A stretch of 64,000 bases of DNA from Chloroflexota bacterium (GTDB lineage Bacteria; Chloroflexota; Dehalococcoidia; UBA2979), in assembly GCA_002718395.1 (NCBI GenBank), contig PBEG01000016.1:1003-65002 (forward strand), read 5' to 3'. The stretch's first letter is position 1; each line of letters opens with the position of its first letter. Below are positions 9,948 to 19,968 of the stretch, piece after piece. The notes beneath the pieces were generated by a model. That model made no database searches, had not been told where the DNA came from, and saw only the letters and a program-made list of their open reading frames with translations. Both the position numbers and the translations under genes were made by a program.

Positions 9948-11111
9948 TTATTCCACTTCTATAGTAATAGTATTTAGAGCTAGTTGACAACGATGCTCGG
10001 CCTCACTTCGATCTTTTCCTGAAACTATAACATAACCGAATCTATCTGGATGCATCCTGATAGATGGTTGAATCTCACCTTTATCTCTAAAAAAACCAAA
10101 CTTCACAAAGCCAGGAACATTTTCTAATTCTTCTATTCCATGAATATCCTTGATGACACCTTCTTTTGGAAACCAATATCTTATTGAAGTAGCATTTCTT
10201 TTCTTAGGCTTAAGGTCTATCTCATCAATAGGAATAGAAAGTGAATGATGCATAACAATCTCTACTAAATTCACTCCCGTTGCTATTGGAACTTGATGAG
10301 TAGCAAACCAACCTCCAGATAGTCTTGCAGCAATTTCTATTACTTTTATATTTCCATTGTTATCAATAACAATGTCCCCTTTAATGATGCCCTCACTGAT
10401 ACCAATAGCCAAAGCACTATTCAGAATTATATGATCAATTTCTTCAAGTTCAGATTTACTGAGTTCTGGAGGAATATCACCACCGTCTTCGATAATATAT
10501 GGTTTGAATTGTGTCAATCTAGAATAGTTTCTTTCTGCAATTGCAGGGGTAAAACATCTTCCATCTAAAATAAAGCTCTCGGTGGAATATTGCTTACCCT
10601 CAATATATTCTTCCAAAATCAGTTTTCCTGAATCTCCCCATCTTATAGATTCTTCGAAAGCCCAATATAAATCTATATCCTGATCCAGGATTAAAACCCC
10701 TCTCGCGCCTCTTCCATCGTTTGGCTTTAAAACGAATCTTTCGTTATCACTATCCTCAATTATTCGTTTTAAATCCTGAAATGATGACAATTCATAATGG
10801 GCCGGACAGGGAATCTGATTTGCGGTGAAAGACTTTTTCATTAGTAGTTTATCTGATGCTATTTTCGCTGATTCAATCGATATTGATGGCAAACCAAGCT
10901 CAGTGGCTGTAAGTGCAACAGTGTATGGCACATCATTTGCAATTGTCATAACTCCGTCAATTGGGATTTTCTTAGAAAAGTTTTTTGACATTCTTGCTGT
11001 TTTCTCGGCATCTCTAGTAGATACTTTTATGAAATAGTCAGATAAATTAACAGAAGGAGCATTTGGATCTAAATCTGTAGCAATTGTTCTGATACCTTTT
11101 TGTTTTGCCAA
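9948..11111 (-). CDS. ATP-grasp domain ligase (carboxylate-amine ligase family)
   Basis: Pre-ATP-grasp plus ATP-grasp motifs (RFVLKPNDGRGARGVLIL, LILEEYIEGKQYSTESF, IEIAARLSGG). Confidence 0.65.
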   Translation of the reverse strand: MAKQKGIRTIATDLDPNAPSVNLSDYFIKVSTRDAEKTARMSKNFSKKIPIDGVMTIANDVPYTVALTATELGLPSISIESAKIASDKLLMKKSFTANQIPCPAHYELSSFQDLKRIIEDSDNERFVLKPNDGRGARGVLILDQDIDLYWAFEESIRWGDSGKLILEEYIEGKQYSTESFILDGRCFTPAIAERNYSRLTQFKPYIIEDGGDIPPELSKSELEEIDHIILNSALAIGISEGIIKGDIVIDNNGNIKVIEIAARLSGGWFATHQVPIATGVNLVEIVMHHSLSIPIDEIDLKPKKRNATSIRYWFPKEGVIKDIHGIEELENVPGFVKFGFFRDKGEIQPSIRMHPDRFGYVIVSGKDRSEAEHRCQLALNTITIEVE

Positions 11112-11163
11112 TTTATAGGCAGGGGCTTGTTCAGCTCCTGCGCCAACTATTAATAAATGCTTT

Positions 11164-11892
11164 TCAGGAGAAATAAATGCCTCCGTTTATATTAAGGGTT
11201 TGCCCTGTAATATAATTTCCATCTTCAGCTAGAAAGAATGCAAGTGAAGCAACATCAGAAGGGTCGCCCAATCTTCCAAGAGGAATCTGACTTTCTAACT
11301 CTTCCAGATTAATCGACGATAGTTCATCTTTCGTCATATCGGTTTCGATTAATCCTGGCGCTATTGCATTTGTACAAATTCCTTCATTTGAGAATTTTTT
11401 AGCCATAGATTTTGTTAGATTAATTAGAGCTGCCTTGGATGCTGCATAATGTACCTGATGAATCCCGCCCCATTGGCCACCCAATGATGAAATATTAATG
11501 ATTTTTCCAAATTTATTTTCTCTCATCTTGATAACAGCTCTCTGTGAACAACGGAAAGCACCAATAAGATTTACCGATAGCATGTTAAACCAATCGTCAT
11601 CCTCTAACTCTTCAAATAATTTGACTTGAGAAATCCCAGCATTATTTATAAGAATATCAATAGAACCATGGCTAGATTCAATTTCATCAAATGCGGCATT
11701 TACTGAAAGCGTAGAGCTAACATCAATATTAATTGCATATGCATTACCTGTGGATGCTAATTCTTCTGCTTCAATTTTTTTATCCTTGAAACCTATGAAG
11801 ACTTCGAAGTCTGATTGGATAAATTTTTCAGCAATTGATTTACCGATTCCTCTGCTAGCACCCGTAATAAAAACTCTCTTTTTTCTATTCAT
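11164..11892 (-). CDS. short-chain dehydrogenase/reductase (FabG-like 3-oxoacyl reductase family)
   Basis: TGASRGIGKSIA cofactor motif, NNAG, YAASKAAL catalytic YxxxK. 242 aa. Confidence 0.8.
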   Translation of the reverse strand: MNRKKRVFITGASRGIGKSIAEKFIQSDFEVFIGFKDKKIEAEELASTGNAYAINIDVSSTLSVNAAFDEIESSHGSIDILINNAGISQVKLFEELEDDDWFNMLSVNLIGAFRCSQRAVIKMRENKFGKIINISSLGGQWGGIHQVHYAASKAALINLTKSMAKKFSNEGICTNAIAPGLIETDMTKDELSSINLEELESQIPLGRLGDPSDVASLAFFLAEDGNYITGQTLNINGGIYFS

Positions 11893-11898
11893 TCAAAC

Positions 11899-13617
11899 TT
11901 ATCCCTTCCACATATCATCCATAGTTTGTCCAGCAAGTAGCATTGGTCTTACATCTGCTGATGGATCGATCATCACATCCAATAAGGCAGGACCTTTTTG
12001 TTCCCAAATCCATTCTATTTTTGCTCTAATATCTTCTTTTTCACTAAGCTTATTTGAATTGATCCCAAATCCATTAGCAATTGATCTAAAGTCTTGGGGC
12101 CTGAAGTCACCTGTTGTCGGATCTACACCCCAAGTTATGAGTTGAAATTGAGAAACTATTCCAAGCCTTGAGTTATTGAATACAATAATTTTGATATCCA
12201 GGTCTGAGTCTTTCAAGAATGCTAACTCCTGAATATTCATAAGCGCAGAACCATCGCCAACAATGCATACAATTCTTTTCTCTGGTGATGCCATTGCTGC
12301 TCCGATTGAGGAAGGAATATCATATCCCATTGTTCCATGACCAGCCGAGGTTAAAAATGTGTTAGTTTTAGGCTTAAAAGGGAGATGCCTTGCTGCCCAA
12401 TGTTGATGGCAACCCACACCAGTTACTAGAATTGTTTCATCTTGAGAAATCAGGCCGGCCAGTTTATCTAAAAAGTCTCTAGGTTGTATATTATTAGATC
12501 TCTTCATAGGGATATCATCCAGTCTTTGTTCAATCATGTTTTCCATGCTTGACTTCCAGCTCGAGTCTGAGAAAGACTTATTATGTTCCAAACTCTTTTG
12601 CAAGCCTCTACAAAAAAGATTTACGTCCACATTAATTGGCCAGTCTATGTGTACTCTAGAGTTATCTAATTCTTTTTGATCATTGTTAACAGATATAACT
12701 TTTGCATTACTAGCAAAACTTGTAACCTCTGTACCAGTTTGGCGAACATCAAGCCTGGAACCTAATACTAAAAGAAGGTCACAATTAGCTATAGCAAGGT
12801 TGGCAACCTGATGGCCTGTATGACCTATATATCCTAAAAATCGCTCACTAGATGAATCAAAACTCCCAAGACCTAAGAAGCTTGATACCACTAAAGCATC
12901 CATATTCTTTGAGATAGTCTCTAGCAAACTTGAATCATGAAGAGATAAAGAGCCGTGACCTAACAATATAACTGATCTTTTTGACTCTGATATAGCCTCG
13001 AGTATGCCCTCTTCAATAATTATTTCCTCGCTTTCTGATAGTTTCTCCAGATTTGAGTTGCTTCTTGTTGGTAAATCAAATGAAGAAATTTCTGTTCTTT
13101 GAACGTCCATTGGAAAGTCTAAAACGCAAGGGCCCATTCTACCTTTCACTGTGATATCAAATGCATCTGGGACCTCTGAGAAAACATCATCAGTAGTTAA
13201 AAGACAACTAGATTTCTTTGAAATTGGCTTGGTAATATCAACTGTTGGAGTTTCTTGAAAGCCTCTCTGCCTCACTTCTAGCCGAGTAGTTAAGTCTGCA
13301 GTCCCAATTTGCCCGGTAATAACGATTAATGGAGTTGAGTCATAATATGCATCAGCAAGAGGTGAAATTACATTTGTCACGCCAGGTCCGGATGTAACCA
13401 TAACAACTTGCGGCTTATTTCTTATTCTAGAATATGCCAACGCAGCATAAGCAGAGCCTTGCTCATTGTTAAAGCATTCAATCTTAATATTAAATTTTAT
13501 ACATGCATTAATAAGAGGTGCTATTGTTCCTCCTGGATACACAAATACTCTATCTATGCCTTCCATTACGAATTTATATGCTACCCAATCAGCAATATTA
13601 TCAATATTTCTCTTCAT
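11899..13617 (-). CDS. thiamine-pyrophosphate enzyme, acetolactate synthase large-subunit-like
   Basis: Three-domain ALS architecture, 572 aa. TPP motif IVGDGSALMNIQELAF...N. Pyrimidine-binding domain at the N-terminus. Confidence 0.8.
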   Translation of the reverse strand: MKRNIDNIADWVAYKFVMEGIDRVFVYPGGTIAPLINACIKFNIKIECFNNEQGSAYAALAYSRIRNKPQVVMVTSGPGVTNVISPLADAYYDSTPLIVITGQIGTADLTTRLEVRQRGFQETPTVDITKPISKKSSCLLTTDDVFSEVPDAFDITVKGRMGPCVLDFPMDVQRTEISSFDLPTRSNSNLEKLSESEEIIIEEGILEAISESKRSVILLGHGSLSLHDSSLLETISKNMDALVVSSFLGLGSFDSSSERFLGYIGHTGHQVANLAIANCDLLLVLGSRLDVRQTGTEVTSFASNAKVISVNNDQKELDNSRVHIDWPINVDVNLFCRGLQKSLEHNKSFSDSSWKSSMENMIEQRLDDIPMKRSNNIQPRDFLDKLAGLISQDETILVTGVGCHQHWAARHLPFKPKTNTFLTSAGHGTMGYDIPSSIGAAMASPEKRIVCIVGDGSALMNIQELAFLKDSDLDIKIIVFNNSRLGIVSQFQLITWGVDPTTGDFRPQDFRSIANGFGINSNKLSEKEDIRAKIEWIWEQKGPALLDVMIDPSADVRPMLLAGQTMDDMWKG

Positions 13618-13651
13618 TATTTTTCCTAATATATGCTCAATTTTTCCTAAG

Positions 13652-14755
13652 CTAGGAAGGCTTTTTTCTTGAGCCAGTTAAAAGTAGCATTATTATTAAT
13701 AAAGTAATGTACCCATAAAATAAATTATACTCTTTCAAATTAAAGTGGACTGAAATCATAGCTAGAGTGGCTGTTATCATTGAAATGAAAATAAAAATAA
13801 TTAAAACACTTCTATCAGAAAATCCTGCATTTGAAAGAATATGATGAAAATGTTCTCTATCGGCCAAAAATGGAGATCTTAATGCAATTAATCTTCTAGC
13901 AATTGTCATTAAAGCATCAGTGATGGGAAGAAAAGCAAACCAAATTGCTGATATTGCAGTGATAATTTTTTCTTCTTGAGATAAGAAAATTAAGATCCAT
14001 GCAATTATATGGCCTAGTGCATTTGATCCATGATCTCCAAGAAAGATTTTTCTCTCGACTCCAAAAAAACCTAAATTAAATAGAAGGAAAATAATTAAGC
14101 TTGAGATAATCACTAAACCCATCATGAATATGGTGCCCTGAAAAAAAAGCAGCATAAAAATAGAGGAAACTATAACTATTGCAACTGATGCTGCCAAGCC
14201 GTCTCTTCCATCTAACATGTTAAAAGCATTACATAATCCAACCACACCCAAGATTGTAAAGGGTATGCCGAATCCACCAAGATTAACTATGCCTTGACCA
14301 AATAGATTTCCCAGATCACGAACATATATATCAGTAGTTAAGATTACAATCCAGCTTGCAAGAATTTGTCCTACCAATCTTAATGTCCAAGGTACTTCAA
14401 TTGCCTTAAGCCCGTCTAGTGTCCCTATTATCATAATTGGTAGCAAGGAGGCTATGATATAGATATAGAAAGTATTCACTCCAAAAACAAAAGCGCCATA
14501 AATGATTGAAATAAATAATATTAATCCACCAGTAAGCGGTATCGCCCCTTTATGATCCTTTCTACGACCATCTGCTTCATCTACTAAATTAATACTTTTA
14601 GCTATTGAAGAGGCAATAAATGTAATGACCAATATTCCTATTAAGCCAAGGATAAATGACTGCACTGAAATTAACGGGCCTTCTGAGTATGCGACAATAA
14701 TCACGAGGACATAAATTGATAATACTAAAAAGATACTTAAGTTTTTGAGTATCAA
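13652..14755 (-). CDS. polyprenyl-phosphate HexNAc-1-phosphate transferase (WecA/WbpL/MraY family), initiating glycosyltransferase
   Basis: About 10 TM segments. Motifs NAFNMLDGRDGLAAS, FLGDHGSNALG and REHFHH match the WecA signatures. Confidence 0.85.
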   Translation of the reverse strand: MILKNLSIFLVLSIYVLVIIVAYSEGPLISVQSFILGLIGILVITFIASSIAKSINLVDEADGRRKDHKGAIPLTGGLILFISIIYGAFVFGVNTFYIYIIASLLPIMIIGTLDGLKAIEVPWTLRLVGQILASWIVILTTDIYVRDLGNLFGQGIVNLGGFGIPFTILGVVGLCNAFNMLDGRDGLAASVAIVIVSSIFMLLFFQGTIFMMGLVIISSLIIFLLFNLGFFGVERKIFLGDHGSNALGHIIAWILIFLSQEEKIITAISAIWFAFLPITDALMTIARRLIALRSPFLADREHFHHILSNAGFSDRSVLIIFIFISMITATLAMISVHFNLKEYNLFYGYITLLIIMLLLTGSRKKPS

Positions 14756-14807
14756 GAATTATTCTCCCCAGACTTAATTTATTTCTATAAACTTATTTGA
14801 TAAAAAA

Positions 14808-15581
14808 TTAAGGCTTCCACGGTGCATTTCCACTGCTCCAGAGGCTTTCAAGATAATTTTTGTCCCTCAAAGTATCCATTGGTTGCCAAAAGCCTTGGTG
14901 TTTATATAAGTTGAGTTCTCCAACCTCAACAAGCCTATTTAGGGGCTCATTCTCCCAAGAAGTAGTATCATCATCAATAAAATCAAGACACTTTGGAGAT
15001 AGTACAAAAAATCCACCATTTATAAGGCCGCCATCTCCCTTGGGTTTTTCCATAAACTCAATAACCTTATTCTCATTATGCTTTATAGCACCAAATCTTC
15101 CTGGAGGAGCAACTGCAGTAATAGTTGCTAAATTCCCCTTTTTCTTATGAAAATCAATCAATGAGGTTATATCAATATCACTTAAACCATCTCCATAAGT
15201 GAAACAGAAAAACTCCTCATTCTTTAGATACTTTTTTAGACGCTTCAATCTCCCTCCAGTCATTGTATCTTCACCAGTATCAATCAGGGTTACTTTCCAT
15301 TCTTCGGTATGGCGCTCATGTACCTCCATATTATTATTGACCATATCAAAGGTAACGTCTGAGGTATGAAGAAAGTAGTTAGCGAAATATTCTTTAATTA
15401 CATAACCCTTATACCCACAACAAATTATGAAATCATTCAATCCATATTTTGAGTAGTGTTTCATTAGGTGCCATAGAATAGGTTTTCCTCCTATTTCAAT
15501 CATAGGCTTTGGCTTCAGTGTTGTTTCTTCACTGATCCTAGTACCTAATCCGCCTGCTAATATAACGACCTTCATGCTCAT
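14808..15581 (-). CDS. rfbF: glucose-1-phosphate cytidylyltransferase
   Basis: 257 aa, near-colinear with Salmonella RfbF/DdhA (ILAGGLGTR..KPKPMIEIGGKPILWH..GFWQPMDTLRDK). Confidence 0.9.
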   Translation of the reverse strand: MSMKVVILAGGLGTRISEETTLKPKPMIEIGGKPILWHLMKHYSKYGLNDFIICCGYKGYVIKEYFANYFLHTSDVTFDMVNNNMEVHERHTEEWKVTLIDTGEDTMTGGRLKRLKKYLKNEEFFCFTYGDGLSDIDITSLIDFHKKKGNLATITAVAPPGRFGAIKHNENKVIEFMEKPKGDGGLINGGFFVLSPKCLDFIDDDTTSWENEPLNRLVEVGELNLYKHQGFWQPMDTLRDKNYLESLWSSGNAPWKP

Positions 15582-16549
15582 TACCTTAAATTATATTCTC
15601 TTAGCTTACTTCCAAGCTTACTTTTAACATGATAATAGTTTAAAAAATAATAATACCAAATTACTAATAAGTATAAGGATATCTGATCTTTGAGACCTGA
15701 TTGATTTTCTTTGATAAATGATTTTATGACTGGAAGTGGCTTTTCATCAAACCTTTTATGGGCTTGTTGCAAAGCATGATGTGAGAAGTAATAAAAAATA
15801 TACATATACACCATAATCTTCCTGGGGATTTGTAATTGCCTTACTAGCATTAATACTGAAATAAATTGCTCTAGCTTAGGGTTAGTTGCATAAACTCTTT
15901 TGCCTCTCATTTCAGAGAAATCGTCTTTTTCACCCATTTGAACTATCGCATGAGGGAAATAATATAATGAAGTATCTATCGAATAAGAGATCAAAGCTGC
16001 AGCTGTAGTTGGATAAACGTCTCCTTTGCTTCTACTACAATAATCAATCATGAAATCATGGGCCTGATTGGTCCATATTTTAGTATTTATAACGGTGCTG
16101 CCTATGTGCGCTGTTTCACCTAAGGCATCGTAAAGATACTTATTTCTCTGCCATGAGGCATCTTTATATATTTGACCATCTGAATCATTTACAGACATTA
16201 CTATCAAAGAATATCCATTCCTCTTTTCAAGAAAAGAATATAACTCCTTAAGCCTTTCCTTGATTAAATAATCCTCATCACTTATCACATGGAGATATTT
16301 GCAATTACATAGGTCTATTAACATTTTATAGTTTCTTGATATTCCAACATTTTCATTCTGCTCGAAGAATGTAATTACACTGGTCTCTTTTTTTTCTACA
16401 AAATTCTTAATCTTCTCTTCTTGTGAATTTGAAGAAATAATTATTTGATCAAATATATTTAATTCCAGTGCTTGTTCTATTACCTTGATAGCTGCATCTG
16501 GTCTCTTATATGTTGGTATACCAAGTGCTAACAAACTTTGCTTAGACAT
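15581..16549 (-). CDS. family 2 glycosyltransferase
   Basis: GIPTYKRP N-terminal GT2 signature and DxD-type acidic region. 322 aa. Confidence 0.7.
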   Translation of the reverse strand: MSKQSLLALGIPTYKRPDAAIKVIEQALELNIFDQIIISSNSQEEKIKNFVEKKETSVITFFEQNENVGISRNYKMLIDLCNCKYLHVISDEDYLIKERLKELYSFLEKRNGYSLIVMSVNDSDGQIYKDASWQRNKYLYDALGETAHIGSTVINTKIWTNQAHDFMIDYCSRSKGDVYPTTAAALISYSIDTSLYYFPHAIVQMGEKDDFSEMRGKRVYATNPKLEQFISVLMLVRQLQIPRKIMVYMYIFYYFSHHALQQAHKRFDEKPLPVIKSFIKENQSGLKDQISLYLLVIWYYYFLNYYHVKSKLGSKLREYNLR

Positions 16550-16565
16550 AATGAAATTCTATTTA

Positions 16566-17411
16566 TTACGAATTAAGTATTTGATTAAGGTATTTTCTAT
16601 CGCCCCAGAAACTCTTTGGTTCAAATTCTCTATAGGGATATGCTCCTAAATCAAGATCAATTATTTGGCCGCTCTCATTAATCCACTTCTTAACGAGATC
16701 AACAAGCCTTGTTGGCTCCCCCTTACAAATATTTATGAACCCTAGATTAGGTTTCTTGCATATGATCAATTTTGTTAACACCTCTGTTACTTCATCAACT
16801 GATAGATAATCTAATAATTGATCACCATTTGACATTCTAAATATTTTTTCTCTATTTTTAATAGCTTCATGTAATTGATTATATATTGTCGATGATATTT
16901 GACCTTTTCCATATACGTAAAATAATCTGGCCCAAGTTATATTGAAATTTGTCTTTTTCTGTAAAGCTAAAAGCTCCTGACTCAGTCTCTTCTTTGCAAT
17001 ACCATATTTAGTGATCGGTTGAGTTTCATTATTCTCATTAATCATCCCACTACACATTCCATACTCATAGCATGTTCCTAAAACAAAAACATTATTTACA
17101 CCGCGACCAATTATTTCTCTCAGAAAATTGAGGTGTTCTGGGAGATACTCTTTAACATGTCGGTCAGAATTTACGTTAGTTATATCATTCCATGCTAAGT
17201 GCACAATGGTATCGTAATCATTAGAAATCTCATCGGGCAAAGAATCTTTTCCGCCAATTTCATATTCCTTAATTAACAGTTGCTTATTATGACCTGTACT
17301 AATGCCTTTCTTTGATCTCACGAGAGATAGGACTTCTGTGTCTGATTTCAATAAGGATTCAGTCAAATATTTGCCTAAAAAACCAGTTCCACCTGTAAGA
17401 ATTACTCTCAC
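16566..17411 (-). CDS. NAD(P)-dependent sugar reductase/epimerase (short SDR, CDP-sugar 4-reductase-like). Start GTG at 17411 overlapping the upstream TGA (GTGA)
   Basis: TGGTGFLGK Rossmann motif immediately after the GTG. YGIAK YxxxK. ~280 aa, like the RfbS/Prt class. The ORF-track start at 17459 overlaps the upstream gene by 52 bp. Confidence 0.6.
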   Translation of the reverse strand: MRVILTGGTGFLGKYLTESLLKSDTEVLSLVRSKKGISTGHNKQLLIKEYEIGGKDSLPDEISNDYDTIVHLAWNDITNVNSDRHVKEYLPEHLNFLREIIGRGVNNVFVLGTCYEYGMCSGMINENNETQPITKYGIAKKRLSQELLALQKKTNFNITWARLFYVYGKGQISSTIYNQLHEAIKNREKIFRMSNGDQLLDYLSVDEVTEVLTKLIICKKPNLGFINICKGEPTRLVDLVKKWINESGQIIDLDLGAYPYREFEPKSFWGDRKYLNQILNS

Positions 17412-18652
17412 TCTAAAATTTCTAGTGTGGGAACAGCTATAACAAATCTTCCTCCCCACTCAGATATATAATTATTTTGATCAATTACCTCTTTTGCAAT
17501 ATTCCAAGGAAATATAAATACATAGTCTGGTTTATCTTTTTTTAAGTAATCAATATCTAGTATAGGTATATGAGAACCAGGCATATACTTACCTTGCTTA
17601 GATTCTGCCATATCACATATATATGGAATTAAATCTGGTTTGACGCCAGCATAATTAAGAAGTGTATTACCTTTTGCAGCAGCGCCATATCCTGCTACTT
17701 TTTTGTTTTCTTTCTTTGCTTGCAATAAGAAGCTCAGAAAAGAATTTTTGATTTCGTCTATTTCACTCTGGAATGTTTTATATGAGTCGAGGTTGTCAAG
17801 ACCCATCTCTTTTTCTTCATTAAGAATTTTATCAATGTATTCAGCATTATTTTGTATACTTGCGTCTTTCTTACAACCGTATATTCTCAAACTACCACAA
17901 TGTGTGGGAATCTTTTCAACATCATATATCCGCAAACCATGTCTTTCGAAGATATTGATAACTGTAGTTAGAGAATAATATGAAAAATGTTCATGATAGA
18001 GTGAATCAAATTGTTTTTCTCTTAACATATTAACTAAATGAGTAAACTCGATTGTTATTGTTCCATCATCTTTCAAAAGTAGAAAAAGTCCTTTGGTGAA
18101 ACTTTTTATATCAGGTACATGAGCATAAACATTATTTGCAATTATAAGGTCAGCTTTAGATTCCTTAGATACGTCTATTGCAGTTTCCTTCCCAAAAAAC
18201 CTTTCCTCAACCCTTATGCCTTTTGATCGAGCAATTTCAGCAGTAGATTTTGTTGGCTCTATGCCTAAGCAAGGGATTTCTCTTTTAAGGAAGTTCTTCA
18301 AAAGATATCCATCGTTAGATGCAATTTCAACAACAAAGCTATTACTATCAAGAGTTAATCTTTCTATGATTTTATTGGAGTAATCTTCGCAGTGATCGAG
18401 AAAACCTTTAGATGTTGAAGAAAGATAAGCATAGTCTTCATTAAAGATAGTCTCTGGAAGCACAAAATCTTGAGTCTGAACCAGAAAACAAGACTCACAA
18501 ACGTCTACTCTTAATGGAAAATAATGCTCCAACTGATTCAAATCATTTTCAGTCAGATATGCATTAGATGGCGGCGAGAAGCCTAAATCAGCAAAACTTA
18601 TGGATAGTGGATTATCACAGTTTCTGCATTTCATTATTTTGCTCTTAGTCAT
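17408..18652 (-). CDS. NDP-hexose C-methyltransferase (TylC3/NovU family; Zn-ribbon + Methyltransf_13/14-like)
   Basis: N-terminal CxxC...CxxC (CRNCDN...CESC). SAM fold in the middle. C-terminal C-MT domain. ~414 aa. Confidence 0.65.
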   Translation of the reverse strand: MTKSKIMKCRNCDNPLSISFADLGFSPPSNAYLTENDLNQLEHYFPLRVDVCESCFLVQTQDFVLPETIFNEDYAYLSSTSKGFLDHCEDYSNKIIERLTLDSNSFVVEIASNDGYLLKNFLKREIPCLGIEPTKSTAEIARSKGIRVEERFFGKETAIDVSKESKADLIIANNVYAHVPDIKSFTKGLFLLLKDDGTITIEFTHLVNMLREKQFDSLYHEHFSYYSLTTVINIFERHGLRIYDVEKIPTHCGSLRIYGCKKDASIQNNAEYIDKILNEEKEMGLDNLDSYKTFQSEIDEIKNSFLSFLLQAKKENKKVAGYGAAAKGNTLLNYAGVKPDLIPYICDMAESKQGKYMPGSHIPILDIDYLKKDKPDYVFIFPWNIAKEVIDQNNYISEWGGRFVIAVPTLEILE

Positions 18653-18676
18653 TCAAAAAAATTTGTGTAATGATTA

Positions 18677-19918
18677 TTATGGCACGTAGTGGGGCTCTGG
18701 CAGTGGGTGTAAAAACTTACCGCCTTTTTCTAAATATAATGCTTGTTGCTCAATAATTTCATCGGCAAAATTCCACGCACATAATAATATGACATCAGGT
18801 AAGTCCTCATGAATATGTTCGGTTGGAAAAATAGGAATATGAGTACCAGGAGTTATTTTGCCGTGCTTTAATTCACTCTTATCAACAACATAATCTACAA
18901 CTGAGTTATCAATTTGACAAAATTGCAAAAGACATTGTCCCTTTCCTGAAGCGCCATAGACTGCAATCTTTTTCCCTTGTTGTTTAAGCTCAATGATTTT
19001 CTTGCTTATTGAATCTTTGTGAGCAATAGCTCTATTTGCAAATTCGTTCCATGAAGAAATTTCATATAATCCCAATTCCCTTTCTTCATCAATCAATTGC
19101 TGAACACGATTTGATATTTTCCTTGGTCCGTCTTTATGCTGAAGATAAACTCTGATTGATCCTCCATGAATCCAAATCCTCTCCACATCAAATACTTCCA
19201 TTCCAAATCTTGAATATAATTTACAAAAGCTATCAAGTGAATGATATCCAATATGTTCATGAAAGACCTGGTCATACTGCAGTTCTTCAAACATGGTTTG
19301 TAGATGTGGCACCTCTATGACTGCAAAGCCATCTTGAGAAAGTGTAATGCTTATACCTTCTGCAAATCCATGAAGATCTGCAACATGAGCCATTACATTT
19401 CTTCCGATAACAATATCAAAAGTCCCATGATTATTTAGTATTGATTCTGCGCTCTCTAAATTAAAGAAACCAGCAATAGAATTTATCCCTCGATTATTTG
19501 CTATTTCTACAATATTTTCAGCTGGATCAATTCCGAGTACTTCTGAGCCGTTATCCTTGAAAATAGATAATACGGTACCATCATTACTTGCTACCTCTAG
19601 TACTTTTGGAGCATGTTGATTTTCATTTTCATGATGTGTTTTACGAATGCTGTCATGAAACTCTTTTGCATACTTAATGACAGCATCCGAAAATCCTGTT
19701 GCATAAATATAATCCGAAAATAAATCTCCTGGATCTAGGATTTCATCAATTTGAAGATGATTACATTCTCTGCAAAAACATAGATTCATTGGAAATTTCT
19801 TCTCATTTTCAATTTCATCAATGGAATCAAGAAAACTGTCAGAAAGTGCCATTTCTTTATAATCTAAGATAACCTCAAGAGCGTCAGCACCACAAATTCT
19901 GCAATTATTTATTTTCAT
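18677..19918 (-). CDS. NDP-hexose C-methyltransferase paralog (TylC3/NovU family)
   Basis: Same architecture as the adjacent gene (CRICGAD...CREC, VLEVASNDG, C-terminal domain). ~30% identity to its neighbour by eye. Confidence 0.65.
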   Translation of the reverse strand: MKINNCRICGADALEVILDYKEMALSDSFLDSIDEIENEKKFPMNLCFCRECNHLQIDEILDPGDLFSDYIYATGFSDAVIKYAKEFHDSIRKTHHENENQHAPKVLEVASNDGTVLSIFKDNGSEVLGIDPAENIVEIANNRGINSIAGFFNLESAESILNNHGTFDIVIGRNVMAHVADLHGFAEGISITLSQDGFAVIEVPHLQTMFEELQYDQVFHEHIGYHSLDSFCKLYSRFGMEVFDVERIWIHGGSIRVYLQHKDGPRKISNRVQQLIDEERELGLYEISSWNEFANRAIAHKDSISKKIIELKQQGKKIAVYGASGKGQCLLQFCQIDNSVVDYVVDKSELKHGKITPGTHIPIFPTEHIHEDLPDVILLCAWNFADEIIEQQALYLEKGGKFLHPLPEPHYVP

Positions 19919-19968
19919 ATTAATACTCGTTTAATCTAATAAAATTCATTTGGCCTTGACTAAAATGA

